From a virus, in the IMG/VR virus record IMGVR_UViG_3300045988_162372: 64,000 bases of DNA. One strand, given 5' to 3'. Positions 37,790 to 46,205 of this stretch are shown one piece after another. The stretch's first letter is position 1. Each line of letters begins with the position of its first letter. The notes below the pieces were generated by a model that was given only the letters and a program-made list of their open reading frames with translations, was not told the DNA's origin and did no database searches. The translations under genes and the position numbers were made by a program.

Positions 37790-38167
37790 ATGACGAAATA
37801 TACTATATCAGAGAGTAGGTTAAAAGAACTCGTTGTGGAAGAAGTAAAAAGCGTTGTTACTAAAAGACGCTTAATGAATGTTGTCTATAAGGCAACACAA
37901 CAACTTACCAGTCGTTTATACAATGATGACCATTGGCAAGGAGTGAATGATGTTCGTGACGCATTAGGAAAATTGGGCATTGAGTCAGATATTTATCCTA
38001 TCGACGGAGGCTATCGACAAAATAAAGATGGAGATGCATTCTGGAAAGAATATCAAGTACAACTTCAATATGGAGGTGTAGTCGTAAATGGCATTCTTAA
38101 CTGTCATGCGGCAGGTAGTGTTGAAGATCCATTTGATAGATATGATATGACGCTTCAATTATGGTAA
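37790..38167 (+). CDS. small protein with the leader motif
   Basis: The track start 37772 is TTG; the ATG at 37790 gives MTKYTISESRLKELVVEEVKSV. Confidence 0.6.
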   Translation: MTKYTISESRLKELVVEEVKSVVTKRRLMNVVYKATQQLTSRLYNDDHWQGVNDVRDALGKLGIESDIYPIDGGYRQNKDGDAFWKEYQVQLQYGGVVVNGILNCHAAGSVEDPFDRYDMTLQLW

Positions 38168-38209
38168 AATAATAATTATTTTTCAAGTAGTTTCTTATTT
38201 TATTATTAT

Positions 38210-38971
38210 ATGAATATATCCCCTTTTAAAAGTTTTAAAGAAATGGTAAATGAAGCCGTTGAAAATATGAATGGCAACGGTATGTATTATAAGTTCCAAA
38301 TAGATAATGCTTTTAGATATAAAGCTGTTACTATTCTGGCTCAAAATGGTTATCTTGTACATGGAACTGATGCTGAATTTGATAGTTTTGATAGTTCCAA
38401 AATAAGAGGTGGAACAAGAGGTAATTATGGTTACGGTGCTTATTTTACAAATGCTGCATATAAATGTGAAGAATATGGTCGAAACTTTATATTTCTATAT
38501 GCAAGAGATTTCAATTTTTTAAATTTGGCACAAAAGGTAGCTGATAATGATATATATAAAGATATCAATAAACAAGTAGATTATATTAGACAGAATATCG
38601 CCTATTTTGAGGAAATGCTTTATAGTGTTCGTACTGTAAAGGAATATGAATATGCTGAAAAAGAATTAAAAACGTATAAGGAACAATTAGATGACATATT
38701 ACCAGATAGTAAAACAGAAGCGTTTATTGAACAGTATAATTTAATACTAAGAAAAAATCCTGATATTGATTACCGTAATATGACAAAGAAATTAGACAAT
38801 ATCTTCACTAATGCAATGGGTGCTGATTTTGTTGCTAATATGTTTCTTAAAGCAGGATATGACGGTTATACAATAGACTTTGAATATGTTATTTTCAATT
38901 TTGAAAAATTAAATCAGAATATTGTAAAGGATAAAAACGCATTACTCGAAAAGCTGATGAATAACAATTAA
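38210..38971 (+). CDS. ART-like (ADP-ribosyltransferase-fold, polyvalent-protein type) protein
   Basis: YLVHGTDAEFDSFDSSKIRGG followed by YGYGAYFTNAAYKCEEYG. The same two-motif pattern occurs in 3661..5922 and 56862..57671. Confidence 0.6.
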   Translation: MNISPFKSFKEMVNEAVENMNGNGMYYKFQIDNAFRYKAVTILAQNGYLVHGTDAEFDSFDSSKIRGGTRGNYGYGAYFTNAAYKCEEYGRNFIFLYARDFNFLNLAQKVADNDIYKDINKQVDYIRQNIAYFEEMLYSVRTVKEYEYAEKELKTYKEQLDDILPDSKTEAFIEQYNLILRKNPDIDYRNMTKKLDNIFTNAMGADFVANMFLKAGYDGYTIDFEYVIFNFEKLNQNIVKDKNALLEKLMNNN

Positions 38972-38991
38972 TCGAATCAATAATTTTTATT

Positions 38992-39465
38992 ATGCAAAGC
39001 ACAGTAACATTTATAGGATATAAGAAAGAAAGTTTGTTTCCAATATTGGAATATCTTGCTGATAATGGTAATAATCAACAGCTTGTAACACTTGATGTTG
39101 ATGAATTTTTCTTTGGTAGAGATTTAATTTTCGACACACTAAAAATTTCCAATCTGCACATTAATAATGATAAAGATGGATATATACATACAGCCTCATT
39201 TACATGTACTTCTCACGTTGCAAAAAATCTATTAAAGTTGTTCTACTATATCAAACAACTTGGTGATGGCGGTCATAGTTACACAATCAAAATTAACAAA
39301 GAAAAATTTTCTTGGGATGGCGATGGTTCTGATAGAATTATTAAGATAAATGGACAGGATTGCAAAAGTTGGAAGCAAATGGAAAAGAATTTCACTATTT
39401 ATTTAAAAAAAGAAGATTCTTTGAATGAAGAATATATAATTGAGAATAGTTATAGAATAGAATAA
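38992..39465 (+). CDS. hypothetical protein
   Basis: 157-aa ORF with an ATG start. Confidence 0.55.
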   Translation: MQSTVTFIGYKKESLFPILEYLADNGNNQQLVTLDVDEFFFGRDLIFDTLKISNLHINNDKDGYIHTASFTCTSHVAKNLLKLFYYIKQLGDGGHSYTIKINKEKFSWDGDGSDRIIKINGQDCKSWKQMEKNFTIYLKKEDSLNEEYIIENSYRIE

Positions 39466-39484
39466 TTCTTAAAAAAAAATATAA

Positions 39485-39700
39485 ATGATTAGTACAATAA
39501 TTGCTTGTGTTATTGCAAATATTCTAACAGCAGCTATCGTTGCAGGTATTGCTTATTACTTCTATAAGAAAAACGAATTAACAATTAAAAATACCATCAA
39601 TGAGGTAAAAGATAAGATAAACAACATATCAGGCACTGTAGAAACTGTTACTGATACAATTAATAGTATCAAAGAAAAGTTAGAAAAACTTCCTTTCTAA
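39485..39700 (+). CDS. small membrane-anchored protein
   Basis: 71 aa; N-terminal TM segment (IIACVIANILTAAIVAGIAYYF), then a coiled-coil-like tail. Confidence 0.5.
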   Translation: MISTIIACVIANILTAAIVAGIAYYFYKKNELTIKNTINEVKDKINNISGTVETVTDTINSIKEKLEKLPF

Positions 39701-39724
39701 AAAGTTTGGCTTTTATATTTTATG

Positions 39725-39762
39725 TTCCTGTACTATTTGAAAAATAATAGTACAGGAATTTT
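39725..39762 (+). terminator. strong intrinsic terminator
   Basis: ttcctgtactatt/aatagtacaggaa forms a 13-bp perfect stem with an 8-nt loop, followed by tttt. Confidence 0.8.
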
Positions 39763-39805
39763 ACATTTTTAACGTGTAGTTCTTGTATATGTCAGATATT
39801 AGCAG

Positions 39806-39813
39806 TATATTTG
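39806..39813 (+). promoter_or_regulatory. -7 box TATATTTG; the -33 is CTTG
   Basis: agcagTATATTTGcaaag lies 35 nt upstream of ATG 39848. Confidence 0.5.
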
Positions 39814-39847
39814 CAAAGAAATAAAGTAATTAAACAACTATACTAAT

Positions 39848-40174
39848 ATGTTAACAAAAGAACAATTTCACAAAATTTTTGAACTTATCAAAAAACAGAA
39901 AGAAGTTGAAGATAAATTCGATAAAGGTATGGAAATGGCATTTCCTGAATGTATTGCACCAATAATGCCAGATGGTATTCTATGGGATGCTCTTATAGAT
40001 ACATTGTCTTACGCAATGAATGATACTGATAAATTCATCGAATGGTGGGTATACGAAGACCAAATGAAGGGCAGATTGACTGTTAGGGATAATGATGTGG
40101 AATATACTTTTCATAATGCTGATGAATTATATGACTATCTGGTTAAGAATAATAAGCAAAATAATGCATCATGA
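39848..40174 (+). CDS. hypothetical protein
   Basis: 108-aa ORF with an ATGA overlap to the next gene. Confidence 0.55.
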   Translation: MLTKEQFHKIFELIKKQKEVEDKFDKGMEMAFPECIAPIMPDGILWDALIDTLSYAMNDTDKFIEWWVYEDQMKGRLTVRDNDVEYTFHNADELYDYLVKNNKQNNAS

Positions 40175-40422
40175 CAATATTAGTAATAATTGGAATAACG
40201 TTGTTGGTGACTTTAGGGATGAGTACGTTATTACTATGGTATGATGTACATCATCAAAAACATAGCAAACCTGTATATTCAAAAGAAGTGTTGGAAAAGT
40301 TAATTCAAGATTTAAAACAAGAAATTAACTATAAAATTGCTAATGATGATGATTTTAGATTGGAATTATGTTTGGATTATCTTGAATATTATGAAAATGA
40401 GTTAAAAAAATATCAAAAATAA
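40171..40422 (+). CDS. small membrane protein
   Basis: 83 aa; N-terminal TM segment ILVIIGITLLVTLGMSTLLLW. Confidence 0.5.
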   Translation: MTILVIIGITLLVTLGMSTLLLWYDVHHQKHSKPVYSKEVLEKLIQDLKQEINYKIANDDDFRLELCLDYLEYYENELKKYQK

Positions 40423-40429
40423 TGAAAGT

Positions 40430-40642
40430 ATGATTGAAAAGAAAGAAGCTAAAACATATATAGTTAGACTATATTGCAATAATTGCGGAAATGAGATGAA
40501 AAGTACTGGGGTTGTGCTTACATCATATCCTGAACAATATCCTTACGAATGTCCTAATTGTGGATGGAAAACAACCGCTACAGAATTATACCCTAAAGTT
40601 GAATATCAAGAAATGGATTATGAAGAAGATAATGTTCAATGA
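40430..40642 (+). CDS. zinc-ribbon mini-protein
   Basis: 70 aa; contains CNNCGN...CPNCGW. Confidence 0.6.
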   Translation: MIEKKEAKTYIVRLYCNNCGNEMKSTGVVLTSYPEQYPYECPNCGWKTTATELYPKVEYQEMDYEEDNVQ

Positions 40643-41267
40643 TAGGCACGGGCTTACCCAAGCCGTACTTGAAGGCAGGAAGACGCAGACAAGGAGACTT
40701 ATTAAGTGCCGCAAAACGTTTAAAGGAGAATGGGTAGCAGGATTCAATATCCACATAAGACCATCTGATAAGAAAGTAGTTGGATTGCCTTGTATGTATG
40801 ATGCTGACGAAAGCGAGTTTGATGGAGGTGAGATATTGCCAAAATACAATGTTGGCGAGGTGGTTGCTGTGGCGCAAAGCTATCGTGATTGCGGAGGAAT
40901 AAATAAGGACGGTAGGCCAAATTGGGATGTAATATATGAATCTGTTGGTACAGACAATGATGGTTGGGACAATAAGATGTTCGTTCGTGCAGACCTTATG
41001 CCCCATCAGATTCAAATAACAAATATTAAAATCGAACGTCTGCAAGATATTTCTGATGAGGATTGTCTGAAGGAAGGAATTCTTCATCGTTTTACTATGC
41101 AGGATGGAACAAAAATATATCATACACCTCATGTAAATGGAAATTATGATTTATCAACTGATGATATAAGAGAGGCTTTTGCTTACCTCATTAATAAAAC
41201 TTGTGGAAAAAAGACATGGGAAAATAATCCTTATGTGTTTGTTTATGAATTTAAATTAGTCAAATAA
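40620..41267 (+). CDS. ASCH-domain-like protein
   Basis: The track ORF starts at 40512 inside the previous gene. ATG 40620 or 40632 gives MFNDRHGLTQAVLEGRKTQTRRLIK, an ASCH-type N-terminus, plus GEVVAVAQSY. Confidence 0.6.
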   Translation: MKKIMFNDRHGLTQAVLEGRKTQTRRLIKCRKTFKGEWVAGFNIHIRPSDKKVVGLPCMYDADESEFDGGEILPKYNVGEVVAVAQSYRDCGGINKDGRPNWDVIYESVGTDNDGWDNKMFVRADLMPHQIQITNIKIERLQDISDEDCLKEGILHRFTMQDGTKIYHTPHVNGNYDLSTDDIREAFAYLINKTCGKKTWENNPYVFVYEFKLVK

Positions 41268-41275
41268 AAAAAAAA

Positions 41276-41494
41276 ATGGAAGACAGTAAAATATATACAA
41301 GAAAAGCAGCTTGGGATAAACTTAGAAAATATGACTATCTTGCAAAAGATGATGACTTTATTGAAGTTACAGTATGGAAAAATGGAGAAGGATATGATAT
41401 TAGCATGAAAGATGGCGTTTTATTTTCTTTGACAATAGGTCAACTGGAAGCGATTAATTATCTTACTAAAAAATTAGATTATGAAAAAGAATAG
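41276..41494 (+). CDS. hypothetical protein
   Basis: 72-aa ORF. Its ATG is embedded at the end of an A11 run that starts in the previous stop codon. Confidence 0.5.
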   Translation: MEDSKIYTRKAAWDKLRKYDYLAKDDDFIEVTVWKNGEGYDISMKDGVLFSLTIGQLEAINYLTKKLDYEKE

Positions 41495-41568
41495 AAAATA
41501 ATAAGCAATTCTCTATTAGATATAATTTAATATTTTATAAACAAAAAAAAAACAGTAAAAAAAAAAAG

Positions 41569-42111
41569 ATGAAAACAAAAAACATTATCATTAGTGCAAT
41601 TACAGTAGTTGTAATAGGTTTAGGGGTACTTTTAGCTGGAACATACTTTTCAGTTAATAATGAAGAAAAACAGCTTCGCAATTTGGCTGAAGCACAACGT
41701 GGCAAAATTGAAACACAATATGATGCAATGTGGAAAATAATTCAACAAAAAGCAAAAGTAACTGACGAATATAAAGAATCGTTTAAAGATATATTTGTAG
41801 GTATCATTGATGGTCGTTACTCACAAGGTGATGGAAGTTTGATGAAATGGATACAAGAGTCTAACCCTAACTTTGATTCGACTATGTATAAGGATTTAAT
41901 GGCAACCATCGATATCAAACGAACTGAATTTATGAATACACAGAATAGAATGCTTGATATTATTCGTGAACATAAGAATTTGTGTATGATTGCACCTAAA
42001 TGTTGGTTTGTAAGTAATGATAGTGAAATAGAATATACAATTGTTTCTTCAACTAAATCTAAGGCTACTATGCAAACAGGGATTGAGGATGATGTTGAAT
42101 TGTTCAATTAA
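41569..42111 (+). CDS. LemA-like membrane-anchored protein
   Basis: N-terminal TM segment, then NNEEKQLRNLAEAQRGKIETQYDAMWKII, which resembles LemA architecture. The call is tentative. Confidence 0.45.
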   Translation: MKTKNIIISAITVVVIGLGVLLAGTYFSVNNEEKQLRNLAEAQRGKIETQYDAMWKIIQQKAKVTDEYKESFKDIFVGIIDGRYSQGDGSLMKWIQESNPNFDSTMYKDLMATIDIKRTEFMNTQNRMLDIIREHKNLCMIAPKCWFVSNDSEIEYTIVSSTKSKATMQTGIEDDVELFN

Positions 42112-42122
42112 GTTAATAATTT

Positions 42123-43259
42123 ATGGAAATAGCTATTCTTTCAATACCATTTATAACAGCATTAGTTTTATTGTTGTTTTTTAGAAAAGAAACTGTGTGG
42201 TGGGAGTATGTAATTTTACTTGCTCCTTCCATTTTAATGTATTTTTTGATTAGGTTTGTTATTGTTAGTGCTGAAACGTCTTCCACTGAATATTTAGGTG
42301 CTTATGCATCAAAAATATATCACTATGATGAATGGGACGAATGGATACATAGAACTTGCACCAGACAGGTATATGCAGGCACTGATTCAAAAGGCCATGC
42401 AAAATATCGTACAGAAACATATGATTGTTCTTATAGAGAATATCATCCAGAAAGATGGGAAATTGAAGATAATAATGGAGCAACATTTCCTATAAGTGAA
42501 ACTGAATATAAGAATCTTGTAAAGTTATGGCAAACGCCACAACATTTTATAGATATGCATAGGGACTATTTTAGAATAGACGGTGATGCTCAGTATTATG
42601 AGTGGAATAAACAGAAAGAAACAATTCGAGATATAACATATCCGAAAACATATAAAAACAAGATAAAAGTTTCTAAATCCATATTCAATTTTGAAGAAAT
42701 AAGTAAAAAAGAAGCATCAGGATATGGATTATATGAATATCCGTCGGTATCTGAAAATTATAGACAGAATTCGATAATTGGTTATAAATTAAATGATAAG
42801 AAAGCAGTAAATGAGTTTAATTATATAAATTCCGTTTTTGGAGAAAAATACCAATTTAGAACTTTCCTTTTATTTTATTATAATAAGGATATTTTGGTTT
42901 CTGAAAAGCAACGAAGCTATTGGGTTGGAGGAAATAAGAATGAGTTTATTATTTGTATAGGTTTAGATTCGATTACAAATAAAATACAATGGGCTAATTG
43001 TTTTTCATGGATGGATGAACCACGTCTTGAAATATATACGGAACAATATATAAATGATCAAGATAGTCTTGATATTACAGATTTAGGCTTATTTCTTGAA
43101 AAGCAAATTCCTTCTGAGTGGAAACGAAAAGAATTTAAAGATTTTGATTATTTGAAAATAGAATTAACAACAGGTCAATATATAGGAATATTGATTTTTA
43201 TCTTATTATATAATATTGGAATATCTATTTTTATTATTAAGAATGATTTTAAAAATTAA
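42123..43259 (+). CDS. integral membrane protein (N-terminal and C-terminal TM segments)
   Basis: 378 aa; contains ILSIPFITALVLLLFF, WWEYVILLAPSILMYFLIRFVIV and a C-terminal YIGILIFILLYNIGISIFII. Confidence 0.65.
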   Translation: MEIAILSIPFITALVLLLFFRKETVWWEYVILLAPSILMYFLIRFVIVSAETSSTEYLGAYASKIYHYDEWDEWIHRTCTRQVYAGTDSKGHAKYRTETYDCSYREYHPERWEIEDNNGATFPISETEYKNLVKLWQTPQHFIDMHRDYFRIDGDAQYYEWNKQKETIRDITYPKTYKNKIKVSKSIFNFEEISKKEASGYGLYEYPSVSENYRQNSIIGYKLNDKKAVNEFNYINSVFGEKYQFRTFLLFYYNKDILVSEKQRSYWVGGNKNEFIICIGLDSITNKIQWANCFSWMDEPRLEIYTEQYINDQDSLDITDLGLFLEKQIPSEWKRKEFKDFDYLKIELTTGQYIGILIFILLYNIGISIFIIKNDFKN

Positions 43260-43473
43260 TTTATGAACAGCTATATAAACATATATGGTGTCACAAAAGA
43301 AATGAATGAGATTTTAAACATCATTCCACCATAAAGGATGGGGTTTTCTTGGACAAAATAAAAAAAAAAATAAAATGAAAAAAGGTGAAGTTGAAAAAGT
43401 AATACGCAGCATTATGTGATTTTCAGTCTGATATTGTATATTTATTAGTAAATAATTTTTAAAACTAAAACTA

Positions 43474-43869
43474 ATGAGAAAATACCTTTTATTATTACTC
43501 ATAACACTAATAACAATTTTTACTTTCTCAGGGTGCGAAAAACATAGTGATGGTGATAGAGAAGAAATTCTCATCAACATTAACGGTGAATGGAACATCC
43601 GTTATGAAAACCGATTAGATGGTGAAATTGTGTTTGACAATTATGAAACATTTATGATGTTATCAAATCAAGGGCCTATTCTTTATGGAGATATAACAAT
43701 GCTTCCAAATAGATCAAATGTATTGTCTATCTATTATATAGAGAATGAAGAAGGAGAAGAATATGAGTATAGTGGATATTGTACTATCACGCCATATAAC
43801 GCAGATAGTATTAGTGTAAATAATCTTCCATATTATGAGAATAAAGATGTAACTCTTGTAAGAAAATGA
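43474..43869 (+). CDS. lipoprotein
   Basis: MRKYLLLLLITLITIFTFSGC contains a lipobox. Confidence 0.65.
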   Translation: MRKYLLLLLITLITIFTFSGCEKHSDGDREEILININGEWNIRYENRLDGEIVFDNYETFMMLSNQGPILYGDITMLPNRSNVLSIYYIENEEGEEYEYSGYCTITPYNADSISVNNLPYYENKDVTLVRK

Positions 43870-44447
43870 TTGGATCACATAATACATATACCTATTTAAA
43901 ATCAGATACAGATATTTACAACCATAACACAAGATTTTGGAGATGCCAAGATTGCAATATTAGTAAGCAATACCAAATGGGTGTCAGATATTTTGACATT
44001 AGAGTTTTTCGTACAAAAAATAAATATGGAAAAGACGTATGGCAAGCTGCACATGGATTAGTTAACTTGGAAAAACAGTGGTTATCCATTAAATCAATCT
44101 GTAATATGTTTAAAAACACCTATAAAAATTCCAAGTTTAGACTTGTCCTTGAAAAAGGTGATGAGGAGGATGAAAAAATATTTAAAGAGGAATCATTGGA
44201 AAATGTAGATACTTGTCCTTCATTGATTTCTGTAATAATTAAGAAACCGTGGACTGTTTTATACAATAGAGAAAACTTAATTTTCCATGATTATTCTTAT
44301 GAGGAATGGAAATTCACTGATATTATACAGAATTTGACTAATTTTCCTATCAAGGAAAATGCAGCAAAGGTCAATCCTACCATAACAAAAGAAATGCTTG
44401 AAAGCTCAAATGAAGTATGGTTTATGGATTATGTTTGTGGTGCTTAA
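43866..44447 (+). CDS. PLC-like phosphodiesterase (PI-PLC X-domain-like)
   Basis: GSHNTYTY and GVRYFDIRVF resemble the PI-PLC X-box (GTHDS ... GIRYxDIR). Confidence 0.5.
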   Translation: MIGSHNTYTYLKSDTDIYNHNTRFWRCQDCNISKQYQMGVRYFDIRVFRTKNKYGKDVWQAAHGLVNLEKQWLSIKSICNMFKNTYKNSKFRLVLEKGDEEDEKIFKEESLENVDTCPSLISVIIKKPWTVLYNRENLIFHDYSYEEWKFTDIIQNLTNFPIKENAAKVNPTITKEMLESSNEVWFMDYVCGA

Positions 44448-44535
44448 CATATTTTATTACTTAAAATTTTGATATTGCAAAGTATTATCGTATCTTTGCA
44501 ATGTTTTTAGAAAGAGAGAAAGATTTGTGGTGCTT
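44434..44535 (+). repeat. exact 12-nt direct repeat pair flanking the metK promoter
   Basis: tttgtggtgctt occurs at 44434-44445 (the last codons of the upstream gene) and again at 44524-44535. Confidence 0.8.
44468..44498 (+). promoter_or_regulatory. Bacteroides-type promoter of metK
   Basis: TTTG at 44468-44471, a 19-nt spacer, then TATCTTTG at 44491-44498. This leaves a leader of about 145 nt. Confidence 0.7.
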
Positions 44536-44648
44536 GCAACTCTCTATAATCAAATGCTAAAATTTCCAATTCTTTTATAGAGTTTGGAATTTTAAACACC
44601 TTGTGATTTAAAAATAAAATTATTAACAATTAAAATTCTAAACTAAAA

Positions 44649-45824
44649 ATGGAAAAGAAAACGATTACAAGTGAATTTGTAAGTTATGGCCATCCTGACA
44701 AAATCGCAGACCAAATCGCCGATGCTATTCTTGATGAATATCTTAAAATGGATGAAAATACCCGTGCGGGTATTGAAGTAATGGTGAAAGATAATGTTGT
44801 TGTATTGGGTGGTGAGATTTCATCAAAAGCGGCAGTAAATTATGACACCATTGTACGGAATGTGTTTAATGACATTAAATTCCCTGACAATCATCATTTA
44901 AATCCTGACAATATCAAGATTATTAATTTGATTGGAAAACAATCACCTGAAATCCATCAAGGGGTTGATAAAAGTGAAACTATCATTGGGGCTGGCGACC
45001 AGGGATTTATGGTTGGTTATGCAAGCAATGAAACAGAGGTATTAATGCCTTTGGGATATTATATTGCTAAGAAGATTTGTCAATGTATTGCCAATTACAA
45101 AGCATTGCAGCTTGGCCCAGATACTAAATCACAAGTCATTGTAGATTATGATGAACATGGAAATGCTGAAATATCTTCCATCCTTGTTTCAACAATGCAT
45201 CAATGCAGTATTGAGAAAGTACGTGAAGTTGTAAAACAAATTATATTGACTAACCAAATGGGTCTTGAAACTGAATTGTTTAACAAATACATTTTGGAAA
45301 AGAATATAAGGATTGATATAAATCCTTGCGGAACTTGGAATATTGGAGGCCCAGTATCAGATTGTGGCGTGACAGGTAGAAAACTTGTTGTAGATAGTTA
45401 TGGCGGTTATTGTAACATAGGTGGCGGAAATATTTCTGGTAAAGATCTATCAAAAGTTGATAAATCTGCTGCTTATATGGCACGTTACCTTGCAAAGAAC
45501 ATAGTTGCATCGGGTATTTGTAATAAAGCTAAGGTTGAACTCTCTTATATGATTGGTATCCCAGAACCGTCTTCCATCAATATTGAAATGGATAAGAATC
45601 AAGAGTTTGTTGAATATTTGAAACAATGGATAAAGGCAAACATTGATTTGACACCGTATGGTATTATCACCCATTTTCATGGAGGATATCCTCGTAATTA
45701 TTATCTTTCCAAAAATGGTCACTACGGTGTGAATACGATTGGTAATATAAATCTATACAGAATGTATCCGTGGGAAAGTATAGACCAAGCAGATGCAATA
45801 CGTGATTATTTTAATAAAAAATAA
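44649..45824 (+). CDS. metK: S-adenosylmethionine synthetase
   Basis: Motifs seen: GHPDKIADQI, GAGDQGFMVGYA, GGPVSDCGVTGRKLVVDSYGG and GGGNISGKDLSKVDKSAAY. Confidence 0.95.
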   Translation: MEKKTITSEFVSYGHPDKIADQIADAILDEYLKMDENTRAGIEVMVKDNVVVLGGEISSKAAVNYDTIVRNVFNDIKFPDNHHLNPDNIKIINLIGKQSPEIHQGVDKSETIIGAGDQGFMVGYASNETEVLMPLGYYIAKKICQCIANYKALQLGPDTKSQVIVDYDEHGNAEISSILVSTMHQCSIEKVREVVKQIILTNQMGLETELFNKYILEKNIRIDINPCGTWNIGGPVSDCGVTGRKLVVDSYGGYCNIGGGNISGKDLSKVDKSAAYMARYLAKNIVASGICNKAKVELSYMIGIPEPSSINIEMDKNQEFVEYLKQWIKANIDLTPYGIITHFHGGYPRNYYLSKNGHYGVNTIGNINLYRMYPWESIDQADAIRDYFNKK

Positions 45825-45845
45825 TATATTATCCTAACTATTGCG

Positions 45846-46109
45846 ATGAAAATTGTATTAACACTTAACGAAGCTAAGAATCTTTCAGTCGAAGATTTTT
45901 CAGAAATCATTAAACAACTGCAAGATTATACGACTAAAACAGAAGAGGATGGTTGGCTTGACATTACCAACAACGACAATGTTTACAAGATGGTGGTCAA
46001 TACTTATATTGACATTGATGTTTCTGACAATAATCAAGTTGTAGAATGTCTACATACATATTATTATAAGAAATTTATTGATGAGAATAAATTGAATATT
46101 AAGTATTGA
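45846..46109 (+). CDS. hypothetical protein
   Basis: 87-aa ORF with an ATG start. Confidence 0.5.
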   Translation: MKIVLTLNEAKNLSVEDFSEIIKQLQDYTTKTEEDGWLDITNNDNVYKMVVNTYIDIDVSDNNQVVECLHTYYYKKFIDENKLNIKY

Positions 46110-46121
46110 TTATATATTTAA

Positions 46122-46165
46122 GAGCCACAATACGTTATTATAACATAATATTACTATTGTGGCTC
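46122..46165 (+). terminator. terminator-like hairpin
   Basis: gagccacaata/tattgtggctc forms an 11-bp perfect stem with a 22-nt loop, followed by attgtttgtt. Confidence 0.5.
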
Positions 46166-46205
46166 ATTGTTTGTTATACTTATTATATATAATATTATAC
46201 AAATT

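Noticed and set aside
41266-41568. Long A-runs (A11 at 41266-41276, A10 and A11 at 41546-41568) as slippage or phase-variation sites.
   Set aside because: They are intergenic, lying immediately 5' of start codons. They fit the A-rich translation-initiation context of Bacteroidota better than frameshift sites do. Only the intragenic A10 at 2082-2091 has a frame-compatible downstream ORF.
43314-43598. A 94-aa minus ORF spanning the 43.26-43.47 kb spacer.
   Set aside because: It overlaps the lipoprotein gene start and an A-rich intergenic tract, and its sequence is hydrophobic and low-complexity. The only other open frames in the spacer are a 23-aa and a 14-aa ORF, both too weak to call.
44499-44648. 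A SAM riboswitch upstream of metK.
   Set aside because: The hairpins are present, but I cannot match the leader to the conserved cores of the SAM riboswitch classes I remember, and it is very AT-rich. I keep it only as a generic structured leader.
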